A stretch of DNA of 64,000 nucleotides from an uncultured Arcobacteraceae bacterium (lineage in GTDB: Bacteria; Campylobacterota; Campylobacteria; Campylobacterales; Arcobacteraceae). The position numbers and the translations under genes were made by a program. Below, in pieces: positions 31,219-41,092 of this stretch (within the stretch, counting starts at the first letter, position 1; each line of letters begins with the position of its first letter). Below the pieces are notes generated by a model. The model ran no database searches and had not been told where the DNA came from. It worked only from the letters and a program-made list of their open reading frames with translations. The stretch is from the NCBI GenBank assembly GCA_964022095.1, contig CAXHZO010000002.1, forward strand, positions 224,001 to 288,000, in the 5' to 3' direction.

Positions 31219-32430
31219 TTATTTATCCAGTTCGTAAATATCGTGAAGTGCTCTAACTGCTAGCTCAGCATATTTTTCTTCAATAATCATTGATATTTTT
31301 ATTTCACTAGTAGATATTATTCTTATATTGATATTTTCATTTGCTAATGCACTAAATGCTTTTGATGCAACACCAGTATGTGATTTCATACCAACACCTA
31401 CAACAGAAACTTTACAAATAGAATCATTATAATCAATATTTTTTGTTTCTGGTTCAAATTTTTGCATTACACTTTTACATGCTTCCCAATCAGTAATTGG
31501 AATAGTAAAGTCTAAGTCTGTTGTATCATCTAATCCTCTTGTTTGAACTATCATGTCAACATTTATATTTGCATCTGCAAGGGCAGTAAAAATTGCTGAA
31601 GCAATGCCAGGTCTATCTGTAACTCCATACATTCCAACTCTAACTTGATTTTTATCTAAAGCAATACCACTAACAACTGGTTGTTCCATTATATTCTCTT
31701 CCTTTGTGATTAATGTACCTTCAACTTCTGGCGTAAAGCTGCTTCTTGATACTAAATTTACATTTAATTTCTTCGCCATTTCAACAGATCTATTTTGTAA
31801 CACTTTTGCACCTAAACTTGCAAGTTCTAGCATTTCATCGTATGAAATTTTATCTAGTTTTTTAGCTTTTGGTTCAATTCTAGGATCCGTTGTATAAATA
31901 CCATCAACATCAGTATATATCTCACATACATCAGCTTCAATAGCACCTGCAATTGCAACAGCAGTTAAATCACTTCCACCTCTACCTAGAGTTGATACTC
32001 TGTGGGTATCTTGTGCAACTCCTTGAAAACCTGCAACTATTATAACATTTCCATCACTAATTGCTTTTTTCATTTCAGTTGTATCAATTGCTTCAATTCT
32101 AGCTTTTGTATGGGCATTGTCTGTTATGATACCTGCTTGTCTACCACTCATAGATGTTGCTTTATACCCTTGCTCATTTAATGCAATTGATAAAAGTGCA
32201 GAGGTAACTCTTTCACCTGAACTTAAAAGCATGTCAATTTCATCTGCTTTTGGATTACTTGAAAAATTTTCAGCATACTCTATTAACTTATTTGTTTCTC
32301 CACTCATAGCAGAAACTACTGCAATTACATCATGTCCTTCATCTTTTATATCTTTTATAATATTTGCAACATTCTGTATTCTTTCAAGTGTACCAACACT
32401 TGTTCCACCAAATTTAAGTACTTTTAACAT
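31219..32430 (-). CDS. lysC: Aspartate kinase
   Basis: KFGGTSV, TLGRGGSD, TDVDGIYTTDPR, two ACT domains. Confidence 0.97.
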   Translation of the reverse strand: MLKVLKFGGTSVGTLERIQNVANIIKDIKDEGHDVIAVVSAMSGETNKLIEYAENFSSNPKADEIDMLLSSGERVTSALLSIALNEQGYKATSMSGRQAGIITDNAHTKARIEAIDTTEMKKAISDGNVIIVAGFQGVAQDTHRVSTLGRGGSDLTAVAIAGAIEADVCEIYTDVDGIYTTDPRIEPKAKKLDKISYDEMLELASLGAKVLQNRSVEMAKKLNVNLVSRSSFTPEVEGTLITKEENIMEQPVVSGIALDKNQVRVGMYGVTDRPGIASAIFTALADANINVDMIVQTRGLDDTTDLDFTIPITDWEACKSVMQKFEPETKNIDYNDSICKVSVVGVGMKSHTGVASKAFSALANENINIRIISTSEIKISMIIEEKYAELAVRALHDIYELDK

Positions 32431-32447
32431 TTAAACTATAATCCTTT

Positions 32448-32948
32448 TTAAATATAACCTTCTGATTTAAAATATTTTAAAACTTGTTTATAAACTGTTC
32501 TTTTAAAGAAAGTTATGTAGTCGTAAATATTTTTTGTTGGTACAAATTTATATTCACTGAATTCTGGAATTTCAGTTTCAATATTTATTTTTGCACCTTT
32601 TTTTAATTTTACTAAATAGTATTTTTGTATTTGCCCATCATAAGGATACATTTTTTTTGCTATTGCTGCAGGGAATTCATAAGATACCCATTTTGGGTAT
32701 TCAGCAATGATTTCAATTTCTCTTGTTCCTATTTCCTCTTCAAGCTCTCTATATAAAGCCTCTTTTGCTGTTTCTCCTTCGTCAATTCCTCCTTGTGGGA
32801 ATTGCCAAGCATTTTCAACATCAGTTCTTGAGGCTATAAAAATCTCGCATGTGTGAGGGTATTTTGCTGATAGTACAATTGCTGCTACATTAGGTCTAAA
32901 ATTTTTTTTAGTTTTATTTTCACTTGTCATCTCTTTTTTATCAGTCAT
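32448..32948 (-). CDS. rppH: RNA pyrophosphohydrolase (Nudix)
   Basis: FRPNVA, WQFPQGGID..E..RELEEEIG. Confidence 0.95.
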   Translation of the reverse strand: MTDKKEMTSENKTKKNFRPNVAAIVLSAKYPHTCEIFIASRTDVENAWQFPQGGIDEGETAKEALYRELEEEIGTREIEIIAEYPKWVSYEFPAAIAKKMYPYDGQIQKYYLVKLKKGAKINIETEIPEFSEYKFVPTKNIYDYITFFKRTVYKQVLKYFKSEGYI

Positions 32949-33003
32949 AAATATATTTTCCCTTATAATTAGCCAAAGATTTTACAAAAAATAGGATTAA
33001 AAA

Positions 33004-34068
33004 TTGCTTTTATATATACACATACCATTTTGCGACAGTAAATGTTTTTATTGTGCATTCAATTCATATACAGATAGATTTCATTTAAAATCAGAGTATA
33101 TGAAAGCTTTAAAAAAGCAATTAAAATTCGATATAAATAATTATGATATAAAACATAATAGTATTGAAACAGTATTTATAGGAGGAGGGACACCTTCTAC
33201 TATAAAGCATTTTGAATATGAAGAGGTTTTTGAAATTATAAAACCATATTTAAAAGAAAATGCAGAGGTTACAACAGAAGCAAATCCTAATTCTGCTAGT
33301 CAAGTTTGGTTAGAGAATATGAATAGATATGGTGTCAATAGAGTAAGCTTTGGAGTACAAAGTTTTAATAATGATAAGCTAAAATTCTTAGGACGAGCGC
33401 ATAATGTAAATAGTGCAATAAATGCTATACAAAGAGCTAATAGTATAGGGTTTAATGGTATTAATTGCGATATAATATATGGTGTTCAAGGTGATACTAT
33501 AGAGTCTATAAAATCAGATTTAGATATGGCGTTTGCATTGCCAATTACTCATTTAAGTGCTTATTCTTTAACTATTGAAGAGGGTACAAAGTTTTTTGAC
33601 AGAAGTAGTGTGAAAATTGATGATGAAGACTTATCATATGAAATTTTTGACCACATAGAAAGTTGTGGTTTTAAGCAATATGAAATATCAAATTTCGCAA
33701 GAGATAAAAAATATGAATCAAAACATAATTATGGATATTGGGAATATAAAAATTATTTGGGTGTCGGAGCAGGGGCAGTTGGTTGTATGAATAACAAAAG
33801 ATATTATCCAAATAAAAGTATAGAGGAATATATCTCAAATCCAACTAATTATGAGTATGAAAAGCTAAGTTGTGATGATGTAAAAACAGAGAAAGTTTTA
33901 CTTGGGTTTAGATGCTCAAATGGGGTTAAAAAATCAATATTTACAGAAGATGAAATAAAAAAAGTTGATGATTTAATCGAACATGACAAATTAGAAGTGG
34001 TAAATGATAAAGTTTTCAATAAAAACTTCTTACTTTCTGATGAATTAGCTTTATATATATTAGGTTAA
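33004..34068 (+). CDS. hemW: Radical SAM heme chaperone (HemN-like)
   Basis: LYIHIPFCDSKCFYCAF, GGGTPS, YEISNF, HN..YW. Confidence 0.9.
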   Translation: MLLYIHIPFCDSKCFYCAFNSYTDRFHLKSEYMKALKKQLKFDINNYDIKHNSIETVFIGGGTPSTIKHFEYEEVFEIIKPYLKENAEVTTEANPNSASQVWLENMNRYGVNRVSFGVQSFNNDKLKFLGRAHNVNSAINAIQRANSIGFNGINCDIIYGVQGDTIESIKSDLDMAFALPITHLSAYSLTIEEGTKFFDRSSVKIDDEDLSYEIFDHIESCGFKQYEISNFARDKKYESKHNYGYWEYKNYLGVGAGAVGCMNNKRYYPNKSIEEYISNPTNYEYEKLSCDDVKTEKVLLGFRCSNGVKKSIFTEDEIKKVDDLIEHDKLEVVNDKVFNKNFLLSDELALYILG

Positions 34069-34112
34069 TCATTTTAATAATATAATCAGACCTTTAAAGG
34101 ATTTATTAATTT

Positions 34113-34937
34113 ATGACAATAAAACAAACAGTTAGAAAATACACACAAGAACTTAAATATGTAACACATATTCCAGCAAAAGAAGTTGAAATTTTGATGT
34201 TACATATTCTAGGAAAAAATACTATATGGCTTCATTTAAATTATAATGAAGAGTTTACTCATGAAAAAGAGCTAGAAAAACTAGTAAAAAAAAGAGCTAC
34301 AAACTATCCCTTAGAATACATTATTAATAAAGCAACATTTTATGGTGAAACTTTTATTGTAAAGCAGGGTGTTTTAATTCCAAGACCAGAAACTGAGATA
34401 CTTGTAGAAAATGCTTTTGAAATATTAAAAGATATTAAAAATCCTAAAATATTAGAAATAGGAATAGGAAGTGGAATAATATCTGTAATGTTAGCTATGA
34501 TGATTGAAGATATTTCAATAGTTGCTGTTGATATAAATGAAAAAGCAATTGAACTAGCAAAACAAAATGCAAAGAAGTTTGATGTTGAGAATAAGATAGA
34601 GTTTAGGTTAAGTGATACATTTGAAAATGTAAATGAAAATGCTTTTGATATGGTGATTTCAAACCCACCATATATAGCAGATGATTATAAGTTACCTGAT
34701 AATGTAAAATATGAACCTTCAAATGCACTTTTTGGTGGAAAAGTAGGGGATGAGTTACTAAAAAAGATTATTGATGGTACATATGAGAGAAAAACTCCAT
34801 ATTTACTATGTGAGATGGGTTTTGATCAAAAAAAGCCTTTAGAAGAGTATCTTAAAAACTTCAAAGTTGAAATGTATAATTTTTATAAAGATTATGAAAA
34901 GTTTGACAGAGGTTTTACAATAAAATTTAAATATTAA
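34113..34937 (+). CDS. prmC: Release factor glutamine methyltransferase
   Basis: VLIPRPETE, EIGIGSG, SNPPY. Confidence 0.95.
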   Translation: MTIKQTVRKYTQELKYVTHIPAKEVEILMLHILGKNTIWLHLNYNEEFTHEKELEKLVKKRATNYPLEYIINKATFYGETFIVKQGVLIPRPETEILVENAFEILKDIKNPKILEIGIGSGIISVMLAMMIEDISIVAVDINEKAIELAKQNAKKFDVENKIEFRLSDTFENVNENAFDMVISNPPYIADDYKLPDNVKYEPSNALFGGKVGDELLKKIIDGTYERKTPYLLCEMGFDQKKPLEEYLKNFKVEMYNFYKDYEKFDRGFTIKFKY

Positions 34938-34951
34938 AAGGAGTATTAAAA

Positions 34952-36919
34952 ATGTTTAAAGAATTTAATTTAGAAAAATTAGAAGATTCAAAAAATTTAT
35001 TAGAAGATTTATTAAACGATAATAGAAAAAAAATAGATGAGTTATTAAGTATTGAAAATAAAACATACAAAAATTTTGTTTTACCATTTCAAGAAATAGG
35101 GGAGAGTATTGGTGATTTTGTTACACCAATCTTTCATATTGATTCAGTTAAAAACTCAGAAATAACTACAAAAGTGTACGAAGAATGTATCCCGGTTTTA
35201 TCAAAATATGAAACTGAGATTTCTCAGAATGATAATATTTATTTAGCTTTAAAAGATATACAGTCTAATGAAAAAAGTACTTTAAGTATTATACAAAATA
35301 AAGTTTTAGAAAATGAAATTAGAGACTTTAAACTTTCAGGTTGTCATTTAGAAAATAACAAAAAGAAAAGACTTGAAGAGATAAGTTTAAAACTTAGTGA
35401 GATTTCTCATAAGTTTTCATTGAATCTTTTAAATGCTACAAATGCCTTTGAAATGATTTGTGAAGATTATGAAGATGTAAAAGAGATTCCAAAATCAGAT
35501 TTAGAGTTAGCTAAGTTTGAAGAAGATGGAAAAATAAGATATAAGTTTACACTTCAAATGCCTTCTTATTTAGCATATATTACATATGGTACAAATAGAG
35601 CTAAAAGAGAAGAGATTTATAAAGCATATTGTACAAGAGCACCTGAAAACGGAAAAATCATTGAAGAGATACTTGCATTAAAAGATGAAAAAGTAAAATT
35701 ACTTGGATTTGACAATTATTCACAGTATTCATTAGCTACTAAAATGGCTTCAAAAGAAGAGGAGGTTGTTTCATTTTTAAGTGAACTTGGACATAAAGCA
35801 CTTCCAAAAGCTAAAGAAGAGTTAAAAGAGCTTAAAGCCCTTGCTTTAAAAGATGGAATAGAAGATTTTAATTCTTTTGATGCAGCTTATTATTCAGAAA
35901 AATTAAAAAAAGCACAGTATGACTTAGATGAAGAGTATTATAGACCATACTTTGAGCAACAATCTGTTTTAAATGGTTTCTTTGACTTCTTAGAGCAAAT
36001 GTTTAATATTAAGTTTATCAAGGCTAATACACCTGCATGGGATGATAAAGTTAAGGTATATGATTTAAATGAAGATGAAAAAGTAATAGCTAGAATTTAT
36101 ATAGATTTAGAAGCTAGAAAAGAAAAACGCGGTGGTGCGTGGATGAATAACTGGCATTCACACTTTAAAAATAGTGATGGGGAAATTAAATTACCAACTG
36201 CTTTTATTGTAGGAAACTTTCCTCAATCAAAAGATGGTACTCCATCATTATTAAGACATAGTGATGTTGTAACACTATTTCATGAAATGGGTCATGCATT
36301 ACATCATTTATTAAGTAAAGTTGAAGAGCCATTTGTAAGTGGTATTTCTGGTGTTGCTTGGGATACTGTTGAGTTCCCTTCTCAGTTTTTGGAGTATTTC
36401 TCATATGATAAAGAAGTATTGAAATTATTTGCAAAACACTATAAAACAGGAAAAACTTTAGATGACGAAGCAATTGATAAAATAATAAAAGCAAAGAATT
36501 TCCAATCTTCTATGGCAACAATTAGACAAGTCGAATTTGCACTGTTTGATTTTAAACTACATCAAAAGTTATACAAAACAGAAGATGATATTCAAGGTTT
36601 ATTAAATACAGTTAGGGATGAGTTCTCTGCAATGCTACCACCATCATATAATAAATTTCAAAATGGGTTTTCTCATATATTTGCCGGTGGGTACGCTGCT
36701 GGATACTATTCTTACAAGTGGGCAGAAGTATTAAGTGCTGATGCATTTTATATGTTTATTGATTCTGGAAACATCTTTAATAAAGAATTAGGAATCAAAT
36801 ATAGAGATTGTATTTTAAGTAAAGGTGGCTCTTATGATATGGATAAATTATTTTTCGATTTTGCACAAAGAGAACCAAGTGTTGATTCTTTATTAAAAAT
36901 TGATGGAATTATTAGCTAA
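34952..36919 (+). CDS. prlC: M3 family oligopeptidase A
   Basis: KRGGAWM, FHEMGHALH, VEFPSQ, HIFAGGYAAGYYSYKWAE. Confidence 0.92.
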   Translation: MFKEFNLEKLEDSKNLLEDLLNDNRKKIDELLSIENKTYKNFVLPFQEIGESIGDFVTPIFHIDSVKNSEITTKVYEECIPVLSKYETEISQNDNIYLALKDIQSNEKSTLSIIQNKVLENEIRDFKLSGCHLENNKKKRLEEISLKLSEISHKFSLNLLNATNAFEMICEDYEDVKEIPKSDLELAKFEEDGKIRYKFTLQMPSYLAYITYGTNRAKREEIYKAYCTRAPENGKIIEEILALKDEKVKLLGFDNYSQYSLATKMASKEEEVVSFLSELGHKALPKAKEELKELKALALKDGIEDFNSFDAAYYSEKLKKAQYDLDEEYYRPYFEQQSVLNGFFDFLEQMFNIKFIKANTPAWDDKVKVYDLNEDEKVIARIYIDLEARKEKRGGAWMNNWHSHFKNSDGEIKLPTAFIVGNFPQSKDGTPSLLRHSDVVTLFHEMGHALHHLLSKVEEPFVSGISGVAWDTVEFPSQFLEYFSYDKEVLKLFAKHYKTGKTLDDEAIDKIIKAKNFQSSMATIRQVEFALFDFKLHQKLYKTEDDIQGLLNTVRDEFSAMLPPSYNKFQNGFSHIFAGGYAAGYYSYKWAEVLSADAFYMFIDSGNIFNKELGIKYRDCILSKGGSYDMDKLFFDFAQREPSVDSLLKIDGIIS

Positions 36920-36973
36920 ATTTTGCAATAATATCAACTTAATTTTATAATATCATATGAGGGTTTAATAATC

Positions 36974-37480
36974 ATGACAAATGCAGAGACAATAACAAAA
37001 CTAAATGAAGCTTTAAATACATTAATTAAAGCATATGAAGAACTTCAAGAAGATAGTAATATCTTGGAAAATAAAGTAAAAGATTTAGAAGAAGAAGTAT
37101 CTGAACTAAAATCTGCAAAACATGACTTAGAAGTGCATGTTGAAGAATTAACTTCTTCAAAAGAAGATTTAGAGAAAAATTTAGATGAGTATGAGTCTCA
37201 TAAAGAAGAAGATAATACTAATATAAATTCTATGTTAGGAAAAATCGAATCTTTATTAGGTAGTAAATCAGAAAAGAAATCTTTTGATAACGCTAAAGAA
37301 GATGATACTGAAGAAGTAAAAGAAGAAAACACTCTTTTAGATAATATTTCTGATGAAGAAACAAAAAGTAGTCTTTATGAAAAAGTAGAAGAGATTAGTG
37401 AAGATAAAGATGGTGATGATAAAGAGAATAAAATAGATTTAAATAGAATGGCTTCACTTTTAAATGGATTTAATAAGTAA
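36974..37480 (+). CDS. Coiled-coil protein with acidic tail (ZapB-like features)
   Basis: Heptad pattern over about 95 aa ending INSMLGKIESLLG, then a D/E/K-rich linker and a C-terminal amphipathic helix. Confidence 0.75.
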   Translation: MTNAETITKLNEALNTLIKAYEELQEDSNILENKVKDLEEEVSELKSAKHDLEVHVEELTSSKEDLEKNLDEYESHKEEDNTNINSMLGKIESLLGSKSEKKSFDNAKEDDTEEVKEENTLLDNISDEETKSSLYEKVEEISEDKDGDDKENKIDLNRMASLLNGFNK

Positions 37481-37490
37481 CTAATTTTCA

Positions 37491-37760
37491 ATGATAACAT
37501 TAATAAATAAAGATTCTTTGTATAACTCATTTGGAGTTCAGGAATTTTCTAATTTAGAAGGGGCTATAGAGTCTATGGCTCCTTCTTTAGTAGAGTACTA
37601 TTTATCGAGTCTTTGTGAGTATACTGAAGAAGTTTATTTCAATAAAAGAGAAATAGAAAATAGTATATTTTTAGGGGAATATAGCTTATACAAAGATTAT
37701 AATAGTAATATCTATTTAGAAATAGACACTACAGAAGAAGAAACACAATCTTTATGGTAG
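37491..37760 (+). CDS. Hypothetical acidic protein
   Basis: 89-aa ORF filling the gap between neighbours. Confidence 0.65.
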   Translation: MITLINKDSLYNSFGVQEFSNLEGAIESMAPSLVEYYLSSLCEYTEEVYFNKREIENSIFLGEYSLYKDYNSNIYLEIDTTEEETQSLW

Positions 37761-37763
37761 TGT

Positions 37764-38123
37764 TTAAACTTTACTATTTGCTAAAATCATATCTTCTATT
37801 CCAGCACACATACCTAAATGTGGAAGTAGAGTAAACTCTATTTCTGGATTCAATTTTTTAAATTTTTTAATTTCTGAAGGAATATCTGTTTTTACATGTT
37901 TCCCAGCAGCCAAGAAATAAGGAAATATTTTTATATGAGTACATTTCATTCCTACTGCTTTTGTTAGGCAATGAAAAATTGAAGGATCTGCTAATTCTAA
38001 AAAAGCATGCTCTACTAAAATATCTTCACTGCACTGTTGTTTGATTTTATTACATAAATTTATAATTTCTTGATTTGATGATTGAACTTTACTTCCATGA
38101 GCAACAATAATTAATGCTTCCAT
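37764..38123 (-). CDS. Single-domain CbiX/SirB sirohydrochlorin chelatase-like protein
   Basis: IVAHGS, AFLELADPS, PYFLAAGKHVKTDIP. Confidence 0.9.
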   Translation of the reverse strand: MEALIIVAHGSKVQSSNQEIINLCNKIKQQCSEDILVEHAFLELADPSIFHCLTKAVGMKCTHIKIFPYFLAAGKHVKTDIPSEIKKFKKLNPEIEFTLLPHLGMCAGIEDMILANSKV

Positions 38124-38184
38124 TTAATATTTTCCTTTTTTGATATAATATCTAAATAGATTATAAATAGATATTCTTTTTTTG

Positions 38185-39240
38185 TCAATCCATAAGGTTA
38201 ACAGTTGCTTTTAGTCTTTGTTTGTCAAAATGCGTATAAATTCTTGAGGTGTTTATATCAGCATGTCCTAATGCCTCTTGAACTAATATTAAATCATGAT
38301 GTTTTGTATAAAGTAGGGTAGCAAAACTATGTCTTAACATATGCGCACCATTCTTTTCTTTTCTTATTCCTGCAGTTATTAAAATGTTCTCAACAATTCT
38401 ACTTATATATGCTTGAGTTAATCTATTACCTTTTTGATTACAAACTAGTAAGTCACTGGCGCAACATCTCATTTCAAGCCAGTTTTTTAAATCTTTTTCA
38501 ATAATTGAAGCTTTTATCATTACAACTCTTGGTTTATTACCTTTTCCTTTGATTTGTAAGACATAAACTCCATCTTCTTTGAAAATATCTTTTAGATTTA
38601 GATTTAATATTTCACTAACTCTTACGCCTGTATAAATAATAATTTTTAATATAAGTCTATTTCTATAGACCGTATTGTTAGTAAATTCAAATGTATTGAT
38701 TGCCTCTAAAAATCTATCTATTTCTTCTTTATTCATATAAGAAGGTAATTTTTGACCACTTTTACCACTTAAACCTTGCCAGTTTTTTAATTCAATTTTA
38801 TATGAATGGGTTGTACCATCTATATTTTCATTTTGTTTATCTATATAAGAAAATAGCCCAAGTAGAGCAATTCTGTGATTTTTTTTTGATGCATCTGACA
38901 AAGAAGCTGTATTCGTAGCTAAAAAATCACTAAGCAATTCTTCATCAATCTCTTTCATTGAAGCTAAACCTAATTTATTACAATAATTATATAATTTAGC
39001 TAAGGGATTAAAATATGTATTTATTCCACTAAGGCCAATATTTCTAGCTTTTTTTACAATTACTTTTAAATCATCAATTGAACTAGTTCCTTTTACTAAT
39101 AACTGTAAAATTAAACCTAATTCATCTTTATCCATTACTTGTCTATTAGAAAGAGTTGTAAGTTTATACCTAATAAATCGTTCAATCCAAAAAAGAAGGG
39201 TTTTATCAAAGCTATTTGTAAAATCTAACTCATAACGCAT
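38185..39240 (-). CDS. xerH: Chromosome dimer resolution tyrosine recombinase
   Basis: TGVRVSE, GKGNK, HMLRHSFAT, LGHA...SRIYTH; Campylobacterota-type N-terminus; adjacent difH-like site. Confidence 0.9.
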   Translation of the reverse strand: MRYELDFTNSFDKTLLFWIERFIRYKLTTLSNRQVMDKDELGLILQLLVKGTSSIDDLKVIVKKARNIGLSGINTYFNPLAKLYNYCNKLGLASMKEIDEELLSDFLATNTASLSDASKKNHRIALLGLFSYIDKQNENIDGTTHSYKIELKNWQGLSGKSGQKLPSYMNKEEIDRFLEAINTFEFTNNTVYRNRLILKIIIYTGVRVSEILNLNLKDIFKEDGVYVLQIKGKGNKPRVVMIKASIIEKDLKNWLEMRCCASDLLVCNQKGNRLTQAYISRIVENILITAGIRKEKNGAHMLRHSFATLLYTKHHDLILVQEALGHADINTSRIYTHFDKQRLKATVNLMD

Positions 39241-39290
39241 ATATATATCCTAAATTGTTAATTTATGTGATTATAACATAAAAAAGTTAA

Positions 39291-39321
39291 TTAGTATTGA
39301 AAACTATAATTTTCAAACTAA
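39291..39321. other. difH chromosome dimer resolution site
   Basis: TTAGTATTGAAAACTATAATTTTCAAACTAA; TTGAAAA/TTTTCAA inverted arms around a 6-bp centre, matching the Campylobacterales difH pattern as I recall it. Confidence 0.85.
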
Positions 39322-39334
39322 TTTGTATGTAATA

Positions 39335-39937
39335 CTACGAAGCTTTTTTTTGGATACTTTCAATTAGATTATCAGCCATTTGTTTTAATCTTTTAATATA
39401 TGTTTTAGTTAAATCAGTTGTTGGTGTTAAAGCTAGCCAGTCTATTACTTTTGCTCCAATAGCATTAGATGTATGCTCCATATACATTTTTGAAGTATAA
39501 AAACTGTGATTCATAAAATATTTTGTTGTGTTATAGTTAATAAGAATTGATGATTTACATAATGTAAGTCTTCTTGGTTGTGCACTATTTTGTGTGTAAG
39601 GCCAATAATAATATGCAACAAGTCTTTCTGAAACTTTTTCATGGATTTTGTTTTTAGAAAAAAGATGATTTCTATCAGCAAGTATTACATATGCCGTTGC
39701 TTCTTCTATTTCATCAAGTGTTTCATTCATATCATCTTTAATTACACATTTAACTGGATTCTCACCTTTTTTTAATGTACAGCATCTACATTGGGTACAT
39801 TTTGCAATTTTTAAATCAGCAAATTTTATTCTTTGATTTTTAATACCTAAATTTGTGAAGTAGTTAGATAAAAAGTTTACTACATTATCTAGAGTTTCAT
39901 GTTGTGTTTCAGTACAGTCAATAAATTTTATTAGCAT
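39335..39937 (-). CDS. Flavodoxin-fold / iron-sulfur flavoprotein-like protein, divergent
   Basis: IAKCTQCRCC...KCVIKDDM motif; the FMN loop is atypical. Confidence 0.75.
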   Translation of the reverse strand: MLIKFIDCTETQHETLDNVVNFLSNYFTNLGIKNQRIKFADLKIAKCTQCRCCTLKKGENPVKCVIKDDMNETLDEIEEATAYVILADRNHLFSKNKIHEKVSERLVAYYYWPYTQNSAQPRRLTLCKSSILINYNTTKYFMNHSFYTSKMYMEHTSNAIGAKVIDWLALTPTTDLTKTYIKRLKQMADNLIESIQKKAS

Positions 39938-39992
39938 TCAAAAACCTTAATCATGAGTTTATTTCAAATATTAACATAATATGTCAAAAGTA

Positions 39993-41069
39993 TTACTTTT
40001 TTATTCCCTTTGAAAAATTAATTATATATTTAGCAATTTCATCTAAATGAATAATATCTTTAACCGCCCCTGCTTTTATAGCTTTCATAGGCATCCCAAA
40101 TACTACACAACTCTCTTCATTTTGGGCAACAGTATAAGCACCATTATCATATAACTCTTTCATGGCAATAGTTCCATCATCACCCATTCCTGTCATCATT
40201 ACTGCCATTGCTGCACTTCCAACATTATTGTTAACTGATCTAAATAATACATCAACACTAGGTTTATGTTGACTTACTTTACTTGCATCTAGTAGTTTTG
40301 TTTTATATTCACTCCCTACTTTCTCAATTGTAAGATGCATATTACCTGGTGCTAAATAAGCATGACCTTTTTGTAATATCATATTATCTTTTGCTTCAGC
40401 TACAATTACATTAGAGTTATCATTTAATCTATGGGCAAAAGAGTTAGAAAACCCATAAGGAATATGTTGTGTGATTAAAATTGGTGGTAAATTTGAAGGT
40501 AGAGCTTTAAATACTTTTAATAAAGATTCAACTCCACCTGTTGATGAACCAATTGCAATTAGTTTCATTCCAGGCATTAATGACTTATTTAAAGGTATTA
40601 CTTTATCTGGATGAATTTTATACTCTATATTTAAATTACTTTTAGGCTTTTGTTTACTTTTAGCTTTTGGTTTTTTTAGTGTATATCTTTTAAGTAAAAA
40701 TGTTAGGTTTAGGAGGGTCTCTTTAATTCTTTCTGCAAACACAGGCATAGGTTCACCTGATTCTGGTTTTGGTACAAAACCAACAGCACCATCATCAAAA
40801 ATATCATTACCTCTTACACTTTCTCCTGAAATTACAACAGCAGGCATAGGATGTAGTCTCATTAGGTTTCTTAAAAAAACTACACCATTCATTTTTGGCA
40901 TATTAATATCAATAGTTACTAAATCAGGCTCATACTCTTTTATCTTTTCTCTTGCATCATATGCATCATATGCAGTCGTTACTACTTCGAATTCATCAAT
41001 AGAATCAACCATATCTTTAATGATTTTTCTCATAGATGGAGAATCATCAATTACTAGTACTGTATACAA
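39993..41069 (-). CDS. cheB: Chemotaxis methylesterase/response regulator
   Basis: REC domain plus IGSSTGG, TQHI, KPSVDVLF, TGMGDDG. Confidence 0.97.
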   Translation of the reverse strand: MYTVLVIDDSPSMRKIIKDMVDSIDEFEVVTTAYDAYDAREKIKEYEPDLVTIDINMPKMNGVVFLRNLMRLHPMPAVVISGESVRGNDIFDDGAVGFVPKPESGEPMPVFAERIKETLLNLTFLLKRYTLKKPKAKSKQKPKSNLNIEYKIHPDKVIPLNKSLMPGMKLIAIGSSTGGVESLLKVFKALPSNLPPILITQHIPYGFSNSFAHRLNDNSNVIVAEAKDNMILQKGHAYLAPGNMHLTIEKVGSEYKTKLLDASKVSQHKPSVDVLFRSVNNNVGSAAMAVMMTGMGDDGTIAMKELYDNGAYTVAQNEESCVVFGMPMKAIKAGAVKDIIHLDEIAKYIINFSKGIKK

Positions 41070-41092
41070 TTATATTCACCCTCTTTATATAT

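Noticed and set aside
38185-39240. Phage or island integrase
   Set aside because: Sequence type and the adjacent difH-like site fit the housekeeping XerH; there is no cargo and no att repeats.
39978-39992. AATATGTCAAAAG copy resembling the S24-repressor promoter repeat
   Set aside because: A single AT-rich match that also reads as TTGACA on the other strand; it cannot be told apart from chance or a promoter element.
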